DNA of 64,000 nt, from positions 7,812,001 to 7,876,000 of the forward strand of contig JBHGNT010000005.1 of NCBI GenBank assembly GCA_043228905.1, read 5' to 3'. Source of the DNA: Azolla caroliniana (Eukaryota > Plantae > Polypodiophyta). The notes under the pieces are model-generated. The model ran no database searches. It saw only the letters and a list, made by a program, of their open reading frames with translations, and was not told the DNA's origin. Position 1 is the first letter of the stretch. Every line of letters starts with the position of its first letter. This document shows positions 35,541 through 46,499 of the stretch, piece after piece. The translations under genes were made by a program, and so were the position numbers.

Positions 35541-38262
35541 CCATGGTCTGCCTAGTAACATAGGGTAAGCCCCCTGTGCTTCGAGTCGTAAGAGAACGGC
35601 CGAGATTGTGAACATGTGGCCTCCTAGAGTAAAGTCGAGGTGGTGGATTAATCCGATGGGGCGAACCGATCGTGTGTCGGCCATCCGAAGCCAAAAGGGG
35701 CAAGGTTCCCATTGATTCAGGCCGAGTTTACGACAGGTAGCCTCGCTAATGACATTCACACCAGAGCCGCCGTCGATTATGCACCCTTGGAGGTCCTTCC
35801 CTTTAATCATAATTTTTATGGCTGGATTCTGTGCATCCATGAGAGGTGGACCCGTTCCTGGCTCGGTCAGGTGCACAGGTGGTGCGGTGGACTGGTTGTT
35901 GGCCGTGAGTGAAGCCAAGGTGTCCCGAAAACGCGGCATGAGTGGTAAGAGTTTATGCAAAGGTAAGCAGATCCTGGAACTAGTAAGGGCGTCTATCTTC
36001 TGCCGCCGTGGATGGAGCCGAGGACTATGTTGCTTCGATGGTCGCATCTCCCATTTCCGTGTGCATCTGCACCACATTGTTTTTGTTGGCTGTATCCATC
36101 CATGCTTCGGCTGCTTGCCGAACTTCGTCCTGAACTTGCCATAGGGTAGCCTGGGCTTCGCTGCGTGTTGTGATGTTTTGTACGTCAACCATAACACTAT
36201 TCACGGCAGGAGGCTTTCCGTGGTCTATTGTTGGGCATTGCGTAACGTAGTGATCGGGTTGGTTGCACTTGAAGCAGGTAATGCCAACCGAGTTGCTAGT
36301 GCCAGCCCGATCCGTGGGGTGTAGTTGATTCCCGGCCTCGTGTGTTTGTGGGTTGGTCCAGGGCGCGTTCAAGCTGTGCGGTTCATTTTGCGGTGGGTCT
36401 TGACGACGGTTGTCGTTATTCCTTCGGTTATTGCTCGATCCTCGGTGAGAGTTGCGTCGATCATTACGGAAATTTCTTTGATCCTAACAGTCATCCCGAT
36501 CCTCTTCATTCCGATCATAATCATCGTTTGCCCGATACTGGTCATCGTGATAGCGATCACGGCGGTCGTCCGATCTCCGTCGGTTGTCATTTCGGTAACG
36601 GTCGTCGTCCCGACGGTAATCGTCGTTACGACGCTGTCTATCCGGCGATCGCGGTTGTTGGTTATCCTGGTTCCGGTAGGATTGGCGCTCGTCCTAACAA
36701 GAGTATGTATCCTGAGGCTCGATCTGGCGAACCAGAGCTGTCGTTGTGCAGTTGAGCATATTGTATTCGCAGTGTTCGACAGTGTGGGATCGGGACTGGC
36801 AGATCAGACACTGTGGTCGGTGAGGACATTCGAGGGCCAGATGGCCCGATCCCGAACAAACTGTGCATTGGAGGGCATGGCGGAAGCGATTGTCCTCCTG
36901 GGGAAGGGCGCTTTGCAATGAACTCATAGTGAAAGTCGTGCTTTGTTGAGTTCAATCGAGGGCGAGGACGCGCACTATGACTTGCTCGATTGTTTGGTTG
37001 TCAAAATTAGTAAGTGCAAGAGTCGTTCGTAGAGGCTCCCATGGGCTGGACAGGAATGCGTCCGGAATGTGTTGTGCAGAGACATCGTCGGCCACTTGTC
37101 TATAGAGATCCCGGAACCGGATCGTGAACTGTGCGACCGTCTCATGCGGTTCTTGTCGCATGGAGAAGAACTGCCGAAGCAATTCTCATTTGGGCACCTC
37201 GCGATGGAACAGTTCTAGGAACTGTGTGCGAACGTCGTGGAAGGTGCCAAACTCCCCTGTGTCGAGGCCAGAATACCATCGCGTAGCTGGTCCATCGAGG
37301 GATAGCGTAAACTTGGCAATTTTTTAGGCCTCGATTTCGGCAGGCGAGAGGCACTGGGTTGAGTGGTTCACCTGCCAGGTGGACACGAAGGCACAGACGT
37401 GCGACTCCGCGTCGGGGCTGTCGGTGTATTGTGGGTAAGGATACGACATGGTATCAAATTCGGAGTCTTTCGATAAAGCCGAAAAAGGGTTAGGGTCAGG
37501 GTGGGTGACCTCTGGAGGGCTTGGTGGGGAGGTTGGTGTGGACTCGACTCGTGACCAAGTAGCAGGTGGCGAGGATTGCAACCGGTGAGCCTCCGATGTT
37601 TCTGGGAAGGACTGGTCCGTGACCGCCGAGTCGGAAGTGCCTTCGACTGGCTCAGGGCGTCGGCCAGATAGCCGAGACCGCTTGATGCGATTGGGTGCCG
37701 TAATGGTGGCTAAAGGTTGTCTTCAACGTAGTTCGCTGTGATCTCATAGTTGTAACCGGGCATGCCAAATTGTGTTAACCGTTCTGCCGAAAACACCTTC
37801 GATATGCCTACAAGCTATCGGTATCAAGGGAAGTGTAATCGTGAAGACTGGTGCACGGAGGTGTCGTTAGGGGGAGAACACAGAGAGCATACCTGGAATA
37901 GAGCCTAGGTCGTATACGTAGTTGAGACCTTAAAAGCGACGACACATAGATGAAAACAATAAGAGCTATAGATATGTATTACTGCAATAGTTAGCGATGA
38001 TTACAAAAGAACACGGCCCACAACCGGTAGCCTTACAAAGCTCTTATAACTATGAACCGACCTCCTTAGGCTCTGGATATCTCCCCCCTTGCCGAGGTAT
38101 ACAGACCTCGGTTTATATACTTCTTTTCCTTCATATAACGTCGAGCGGTCGGCTGACTGTGAGGCTCGAAACTCGGCGTTTTACCTAATTCTCCCTTACC
38201 TACTCGCCTTACTTCCGGTGTATTATATTTAACTAATTTCTATTTTTGGCCTATGGACAACA

Positions 38263-40430
38263 ATGGGGCGACCATCAATGACTAAGTTATAGAAGTTGGG
38301 CAAGTTTTCTTAGAGATGCCTCATAATTCGAGCAAAATCTTTATCCATGAAGCAAGAATTAGCCCCAATATCTAGGAGTATTCGAACATGAACCGGATGG
38401 TTACTCATAGTACTAACTCCCACTTGAGTTTAGAACACCATGCTAACTTGCTTAAAAGAAATGGAACCAGTAAAGGGTTGCACAGATCCACGACTATCCA
38501 ACCAAACAACTCTTACTTTGATTGGAGTTAATTGTTGAACTCTTCTTCTAGTTGACTTAGAACTTCAAATTTATTTGATAAACTTGGACTAGTAAAATTG
38601 TTAGATACTCCCAATGAAATAGACTCGGGTTTATCAATAGTAACTACTTGATTTACTTGATATCTAGGCCTATGGAGACAATTTATTGTAATATGCCTTG
38701 GGCCACCATAATATAAACATAGGCAGTTTGCTCGACGTCATTGCTTTCCATCTTTTGATAATGGACCACAACGACATGTTGCATAGATTTCCATTAGTAT
38801 TGGAGCATTTGCAGAAGTTGTATTATATGATTCCTTTGGGAAGAGTTTTGCTACAATTGATGTATACATGGGCTCTGATCTTGTCCTTGCCATTTGTTGT
38901 TATCGTTCTAAACGCCACCCGAAAAGCCAATTATCATATTGCATTGCTCGATTGATAGCCTTCGTGAGCGACTTCGGTTCTTCTAGAAATGTAAGGAGTA
39001 AATATTTTACATCATTGCATAGCCCAAATTGAAATTGATCCATAAATGCTTGGTCATCCCATGGAATATCAGTTGCGAGTAGACGAAAATCTGCAGCATA
39101 AGCTGAGACCAGACAATCCCCTTGACATAGTCTTCGGATTTTGTTGATTGATGTTCTAACACTATCGGTATCTCCAAAACATGCTTTGAACTCACAAATG
39201 AACTCCTCAAATTTATTTAACAAAGGAGATCCTTTTTCCAACAAAGGGGCAAACCAAGCTAATGTTGTATGGTAACCGCTAAGTAATGAGCCTACTAACC
39301 CCACTCGTGATGCATCTATTGGATATCGAGAAGGATACATATGAATTACCTTATGTACTTGGTTGAGGAACCCTTTAAACTATGACCACGTTCCATCAAA
39401 CTTCGTGGAAAGACTAATCTTGGGTTCTTTAAGGATCCCTTAAGTACTCATTCCTTGTTGTTGTAACGACACGATAGTTGCTTCCAACTATTGCACTTGT
39501 AATGTTAACTCCTTGTATTGTGGTATTCATAATGCAACTACTCGTATTGTTGTTGCTTTTCTATGGTGATTTGTTGTAAATCACCCAACATACGTTGATT
39601 TTCTTGTTCTAGTGCCATGAACTTTTCTTTCAAGCATTGAAGCTCCAAAAGGACAGATTGGTAGTCTTGTGTGCTAACAGAGGCCATTAGTGCTAGAGGA
39701 ATGAAGGATAAGAAGACGGGAAATTCGGTTCAAACTGTTATGATTCCAAAACAGAGAGGAGAGAGAGAACGTGAGAGAATCACAAGAGACATAAATAGAA
39801 AGATAGATTCTATTACCGTCTTTAGAGGGCAAATATGACCTATGAGACCAAAAATATTATATTGCATGTGGTACATGTGAAAGTGAGTAGTGACTCTCGA
39901 TGTTCAAGAACTTTACCAATGAATGTTGTAATCGAGAGTGCACATATGGTTGTGAGAGAAATTTGTGCAAGGATTGGGCTTGGTTGAAGATGTGTGGAAA
40001 GCATGGCCGAATATGATTAAAAAGGCAAAGCATTGTATCAAAGTGCAATACTCAGACTCTCAAACTTATTTAGCGAAAAATGTGCACAATAGACTACTCT
40101 CATCATTTGTGCCCCAACACCTCGTCTCACATCACAATGCATGTGAGCTAAGTTGCGTGGAAACAATGGTTAGAATGACAAACAACGGGATGGGCTCGAA
40201 CATGTATCAATGTGTACAGTTTCCCAATTCCACAAAGAATATGGTTTTGTCGAGAGATGTGATAAAAGGATTTTGAAGTATTATATGAAAATAGTACAAT
40301 GATAGGAAGAGCTTAGAGGCTTAAGACTGGTGTTGAACTGAATTGGTTGTGAATAGTACAATATGCCTTTATTTATAAGGCCTTCAGGAGTATTCCTGAA
40401 GTTTGTAGAATGTTCAAGAGTATGCAAGCC
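38263..40430 (-). mobile_element. Decayed chromovirus 5' half: 5' LTR (interrupted), gag, protease
   Basis: Retrotransposon gag ORF 38900-39340 (LAWFAPLLEK..FKACFGD). Protease LLDIGANSCFMD at about 38340-38385. LTR end at 39736. 40260-40425 is the reverse complement homolog of about 23890-24055. Confidence 0.82.
39796..40233 (-). mobile_element. LINE 3'-tail-derived SINE-like retrocopy, copy 1
   Basis: Reverse-complement homolog of 45821-46273. Interrupts the chromovirus LTR near its TC-rich part. Ends in a CTAT-like tail. Confidence 0.7.
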
Positions 40431-40553
40431 CTCTCTTTTTTTTTCGTAAATAATGGCTTTCATTACGAAAGAAAAAACACCACCATGACTAACTTACAAC
40501 AAACTATAGAACCCCTTCTATCTAGGGATCTAAAGAAAACTACGACACCAAAC

Positions 40554-43500
40554 TCAATGCCACCCTACACACCAATTCAAATGGTGAATATGATGATATG
40601 TGACCTTGCAGAGTTCTCTCTCTTCTTGGTTGAGATTTTGTGACTTCTCTAGCACTGTCAATTGCCACAAAAGAAGTCCTTTTAACTTAACAACATATTT
40701 TCTCACCCCAACTTGTGAATAAAAAATGAAGGCATTCTGCATATTCCAATTGAACCATAGCCCCCAATACCTCAAGAACTCAAAAATAATTTGAAAATGA
40801 GGCATCGGTTCATTGTTCTCCATATGTGCAAAAACCCAACTGAAGGAAGATAGACTTACTCCTGTTAGAGACATCCACACTAAACTGATACACCTCCAAA
40901 CCATCCTTGCCATCGGGCATGAAATAAATCGATGCCTACTATGTTCCAATTCCACCAAACAAAAGAAACACAATCCTTTAGTAATGTTTCTTCTTTTTAA
41001 TGCATCCCCTAATGGTAAAGCTCCAACCATAACTCTCCAAATAAATACCTTGGCTCGTAGCATCAATCGAGAACACCAACCTGCCTTGATCACATGAAAC
41101 CACCAAGTAATGGGCTTATGAAAACCCCATATCTTTATAACCCTTTCTTCCAACCACTTATGTTTGTCAATCAACTTGTGATAAGCAACATTCGTTGAGA
41201 TCATAGTCAATCTCTTATTTCCAACAAACCTCCAATCAAGCTCTTGAGATCGCACATCTAAATCAGGAATTGGCTCATGCGAAGATAGTATTTGTTGCAA
41301 CTTATCCCAAATAAAGTTATAACCTTTTGGAATACGAAATGTTGATCTTATTGTTTGAAAAGCCATTAATCTTCTTTGTGAAACCAACATAGCATCCTTA
41401 ACTCTTACCAAACCCAATCTAGCCATCCGATTAAATTGAAGGTTAAGAATTTGTTTACCTTCCCACCTCAACAACCTTGATGTTGCCAAAACCTCCATTT
41501 GTAATGAATTGGCACATCCCCTTTCTTGTGGGGGATGCCATTCCACAAAATCCAACATACTTTGCCAAGATGTCAACAAATGATTAACTATCATAGACCC
41601 TGTACATTTGACATCCCTGTCAGAATTAATTACATTCCACCAATTCGCTTCAACCTTCATGTTTCCAAGCTTTATTCCGTTCTTCTCTATAAAGTATGCC
41701 ACCATTTCTGTCCAAGGTTGTACACCTTCAAACATGAATCGAATGAAAGTAAATCGACGAGCCACCATATGCTCATATAGATTCAATATTGATGCCCACC
41801 AAGACGCTTCGGAGTACAAACATGATCCCATGCCAACCATGACAAGGCACTTTTCCCTTTTCTTTTCCATAACAACATTCGCATCGAGCGTGACGACATT
41901 TCAAGAGCTTTCTTTGACCATGGGAGCAAAGGAAGATAATAAGACACCATAGAGACCATAATCAATTGGACCACCTTAAGTCGTACATGAAAAGGCCAAA
42001 ATTGAGACCTCCAATACTTAAACTTATCCTCCAACCTTTTGGATACCCACTCAATAAGTTTCACATGAGAAACTTCCACCCAATTGGATATCCAAGATGA
42101 TGACAAATCATACCACGATGTACTATCCTTCCTGACCACCCCAACCCTAACACATCTTGTTCTGTACATGAAATGAGGACAGATTTATGCATATTAATTC
42201 TCAACCCCGAAGCATTTGAAAACAATTCCCACACATCTCTTATCTTACTAATATTTTCCCGATTAGGTGCCAAAAACATAATATGGTCATCTGCGAGAGC
42301 TTGAACAATACATGGCTTCCCTTATGGCAACCTTAGTCCAAGCAATTCTTTCCCCATAGCCATATTGTGTAACTTAACAAGAATAGGATGTGTCACAATA
42401 GTGAATAGTAAAGGACTTACCGGGCATCCTTGTCTAACTGACCTCCGAATAGAAATCGGTTGGGTTACTCCATTAAACATCACATGTGAAACCGAACCCT
42501 CCCCTAATGTGTATATCAACTTAGACATACGATCACCAAAACCCATATGAGACATCAATTGATTTATAAATGACCAATCCACATTATCATAGGCTTTCTC
42601 GATATCCAATTGTAGCAACACTAATTCTTGTTTAGACTCCTTTGCATAGTCAATTGCCATTTGAACATTTAAAATATTATGTAAAATGTCTCTTTTTGCT
42701 AAAAACCCATATTGAGCATTATGAATAATAGAAGGTAAAACCTTATGCAACCTATTGGCCATCACTTTTGCAAAAATCTTGTACATTCCCCCCATCAATG
42801 AAATAGGCCTCCATTGAGCAAAGGAAGATGGAGAAGGCACCTTCGGCAAAAGCTTGATCAAACCAATCTTCCAAGAATGAGGCATTTCCCCTGATGTCCA
42901 CACCTTCTGAAATAAAATCGTAAAAGGCCCCTTTAACTTAATCACATATTTCTTAAAGAGTTCATGTGTTAATCCATCCCACCCAGGACTCTTATCATTA
43001 GCAAGATGTGACATGACATGTTCCACCTCATCCTCTGAAATATTAGCATCTAATGATTGTGCCACATCATGCGATACATGATTTTTCACTCCATTAAAAA
43101 ATACATCTCTATCCTTTTTAACATTACCATCGATACACACTTGTACATCCAACAATTGTGTACCCATCAACTCTACATCCGTTGGCCAATAAGTTAACAA
43201 TGAGTTGCATTTATCAAGCAAATTAACTAGGAGACTTAATTTCTTTCTCCTTTTAAAAGCATGGTGAATTCCATAATATTTAGTTAACCTCTGAACATTT
43301 GCAACAAATACTTCCCACGCTTCATACCCATCAAATTGAACGCAATAGGCAAATGCATCAATCAATTGACACATATAGGCATGGAAGACCTCATGATCCA
43401 AAAATGATGAATTAAAAATCAACGGTGGTTTTCCTAAAAACTCATGAAAACCTCTAATTGAGTGGTGATTGAACTCAAAAATTAATGGGAAATGATCTGA

Positions 43501-44172
43501 TATAATTGACCCATAAGACACTGAAATATCCAAAATCTCTGGTAAAAAACCTTCGGTATGCATTACATACATTCGATCCAACCTACTCCAAGTATCCTTA
43601 TATTGAGCCAATTGAAAGGTATAACCAGGTTCATCTCCCTTGATCCATTTCCATATATCCCTTAACATGACTTCAGTCTCAAAATCTCCCCATTCTTGAG
43701 CCTCTGGTCCATCCATAATAGAGTGGATGGATGTTGATTGATCTATCTCACAACAAACATTAAAATCTCCCATCAATAAACCCGGTCTACCATTATGAAG
43801 CACTGAGTTTAGAGATCTCCATAACAACTTTTGTTCTTGTGAAACATTTGATGCATACACACCAACTAACCAAATAACTTGCCCTTCATAATATATCTCT
43901 ACCACAATAAATCTTCCAAATTCATCTGAAACAATTACTTTTGGGTGAAATTTATCTCTTATAAACATGACAATCCTAGAATAATCCCCATGAACCTTGC
44001 CAGCATAACATAATGTATAACCCTTAGAATAACTAATTAAACCAGCATTCCGATGATCTTTATGCTCTACTGCACATAAAACATCCCATTGCTCACTTAA
44101 CACAATCCTCCAAACCTCATGCATTCTAAATCTAGAACACAATCCCCTCACATTCCATGTGGTGATCTTCAT
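40554..44172 (-). pseudogene. LINE ORF2 (endonuclease-RT), disrupted
   Basis: TWNVRGL, MGDFN, SRLDR, SDHFP (APE). KSPGWDG, WRPISL, LDIEKAYD, RQGCPVSP, ADD (RT). CFFC..E..HRFISC. Stop at 42322 and frameshifts near 42100 and 41830. Confidence 0.9.
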
Positions 44173-45524
44173 ACTTTATTTTTTCCTTTTATTCGAGAAA
44201 TCTCCTTCTCCTTCACTGCTAATGTTTCTGCCATATCCTGAAATAAATCCCCTAAGATTGCATATGAATTACTATGGGAATGCAAAACTCCAGACCCCGA
44301 TGGCTCCTCATGTGAACGAGGCACCGATTTCCGTTTATTCCAAGGAACATACAAATTACCTTTATTATCAAAAGATAATTTCTTTGGATAGTCCTCTTGA
44401 CGAGCCCATGGTTTATTCCGCATGGGATGTGTCGGTGTGACCTTCTCCATAGATACATTATGCCCAACATTTTTATTAGACTTCTTCATCTTTCCAGAAA
44501 CTATTGACCATTGTCCTTCATCCTCTAGAGTCTTTCCATCCTTCTCATTCACAATTTGTGGTTCCTTTGTTTGCTCTGAAATTGTCAAATCTTGAATCTG
44601 ATCATGAGTTGTAGGCTCTTCATGTACCACTTCCACTACATTATTTCTTTTTTGAGGACATTCAGCCATAAAATGCCCCAACACACCACAATGGAAACAA
44701 TGTCCTGCAAATGTACCCCATTTAAGCCGAAAATACATAGGTGGCATACCAGAACATGCAATATGTAAACAACTTGGCCTCTTTATAGCAGTATTCCAAA
44801 GAATACACATCCGATATCGATTTTGAGCATTAGCACTAGGAGGCACCAAGATCTTTCCCAACTTTTCCATCGCTGACCGTAATATTGGCCAAACCACTGA
44901 ATATGTGCACTCTACCTCAACCCATACGGGACACTCTTGCTTTAATATATCTTGATATTCCACTAATGGTCTCCACGGAACAATATGAACCAAACTTTTC
45001 TCATAAAAAACTGGCAATTTATTGAGTAATTTCTCTTTATACTCTTGTGATACCAAAACAACCTCATAAAATCCATGAGGACCAACATAAACATCCTGAA
45101 CACAATCAGCTTGTAAAATCCCATGTAACCATTGTTTGACCCTCCAAAGGAAAGGTATCTTTCCCGTGAAAAACAATATGACCCCTTTATCACAAAAATT
45201 AGCAAATGAGCCCAAAAACTCCTTATTGTCTATTTCTACCTTAGCCACTTCATCGTCAACAAACTCCTCAGCAACTTTCACATTCTCCCTTATATAATCT
45301 TCCATTAATATATTTGCCATGCATCTTAAATGTTCCCAATGACTATCATCTTTCTCAATATCATCTTGTCGCATTGCATCATCATAAGACATGTCATTAC
45401 TATTATCTCCAATACATCGTTTTCTTTTACCATCCCCTCTTGGGCTTGATACTGACTCAACCATGCACGCATCCTTTGAAGAATTTGGAGACTCATCCAT
45501 ATTCATGAAAACACTACCATCCAT
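44169..45524 (-). CDS. LINE ORF1 protein (RRM/DUF4283-like plus CCHC zinc knuckle), 451 aa
   Basis: Intact ORF with PW..CPVWVEV and CFHCGVLGHFMAEC. Its stop overlaps the ORF2 start (ATGA). Confidence 0.8.
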   Translation of the reverse strand: MDGSVFMNMDESPNSSKDACMVESVSSPRGDGKRKRCIGDNSNDMSYDDAMRQDDIEKDDSHWEHLRCMANILMEDYIRENVKVAEEFVDDEVAKVEIDNKEFLGSFANFCDKGVILFFTGKIPFLWRVKQWLHGILQADCVQDVYVGPHGFYEVVLVSQEYKEKLLNKLPVFYEKSLVHIVPWRPLVEYQDILKQECPVWVEVECTYSVVWPILRSAMEKLGKILVPPSANAQNRYRMCILWNTAIKRPSCLHIACSGMPPMYFRLKWGTFAGHCFHCGVLGHFMAECPQKRNNVVEVVHEEPTTHDQIQDLTISEQTKEPQIVNEKDGKTLEDEGQWSIVSGKMKKSNKNVGHNVSMEKVTPTHPMRNKPWARQEDYPKKLSFDNKGNLYVPWNKRKSVPRSHEEPSGSGVLHSHSNSYAILGDLFQDMAETLAVKEKEISRIKGKNKV

Positions 45525-45761
45525 ATGACAAGAAATAGGAGAGAGTTCACTTACAAGTAATTATGTTGGAGAAGGAATCAAAGCAAGCGATCATGAGATG
45601 CATGCAGTCGAATGGAATTTTTACTCGTAACGTTCTACCAAGACCTCCAAATGATACGTGCAGGCTTCGAAACGAGCTAAAGAACAAAGCAAACGGACAC
45701 CGTAGCAAGAAGATACATCAAAATTAGTGTTTGCCCTTCTCCAACATCTCCGAACTTTGCG

Positions 45762-45764
<3 letters not shown>

Positions 45765-45820
<56 letters not shown>
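45765..45820. repeat. (TC)n microsatellite
   Basis: Pure TC tract between the LINE 5' end and SINE-like copy 2. Confidence 0.95.
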
Positions 45821-45823
<3 letters not shown>

Positions 45824-46273
45824 GAATGGGGAAACCGTACACATCAATACATATTAGAGCCCATCCTATTATCTACCATTAGAACCATTGCTTCTATGCA
45901 ACTTAGCTCCCATGGATTGCGATGTGAGATGGGGAGTTGGGGCACAAGTGATGAGAGTGACTGGTTATGCACACTTTGCCCTAAACAAGTTCGAGAGTCT
46001 GGGTATCACACTTTGATACAATGCTTTGCCTTTGATCATATTTGACCATGCTTTCCACATCTTTTTAACCGAGCCCAATCCTTGCACGAATTTCTCTAAC
46101 AACCACAATGTGCACTCTTGATTGCAACATTCATTGGTAAAGTTATTGGACATCGAAAGTTGCTACTCACTTTCACACATATCACGTGAAATGTAATATT
46201 TTTGGTCTCATAGGTCATATTTGACCTCGGAAGACGATAATATAATCTATCTATCAATCTACCTATCTATCTC
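45821..46273 (+). mobile_element. LINE 3'-tail-derived SINE-like retrocopy, copy 2
   Basis: Translates as SSHGLRCEMGSW..LCTLCPKQVRESGYHTLIQC, resembling the C-terminal Cys/His motif of non-LTR ORF2. Ends in (CTAT)n. Confidence 0.7.
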
Positions 46274-46499
46274 TTTTTCTCACCACAAACAAAGGCACTT
46301 GATATTAGGGCAATGTTACTTCTAAAGGGTATCATTGAAACTAAGACCTTATTATATGCATAATTGAACCCATGACTTTAACATGTGTGTTAATTTCAAT
46401 AACTTATATCCCGTGAATATATGTGTTGCATCATTAGTTACCAACAATTATCTCAATGTGAGTGACTCCTATTCAAATAAAAAAGAAACAATTTAGGTA

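Larger units (their letters stand above)
24567..38262 (-). mobile_element. Non-chromovirus Ty3/Gypsy element (Athila/Tat-group-like), 3'-truncated, with extra 3' ORF and nested Copia
   Basis: 5' LTR about 38262-37771, then PBS-like TGGCATGCCCGG. Gag has CCHC knuckles (CTVCSGSGHLALEC, CFKCNQPDHYVTQC). PR IIDGGSGVN, RT FLDGFSGYNQI/FLDDF, RNase H (28453-28965), INT WGLDFVGP..SDQG..NGLVE with a GPF motif. Multiple stops. No 3' LTR seen. Confidence 0.88.
40436..45764 (-). mobile_element. Near full-length L1-clade LINE
   Basis: ORF1 plus ORF2 (APE endonuclease, RT, zf-RVT). Short poly(A) at 40444-40436. The 5' end abuts (TC)n. Confidence 0.92.

Noticed and set aside
36325-36921. Hydrophobic 198-aa + strand ORF resembling a membrane protein
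   Set aside because: Antisense of the Asp/Arg/Asn low-complexity part of the Gypsy gag.
39796-46273. Long inverted repeats as TIRs of one element enclosing the LINE
   Set aside because: The repeats look like retroposed LINE tails with CTAT ends, are substantially diverged, share no TSD, and one interrupts an unrelated LTR.
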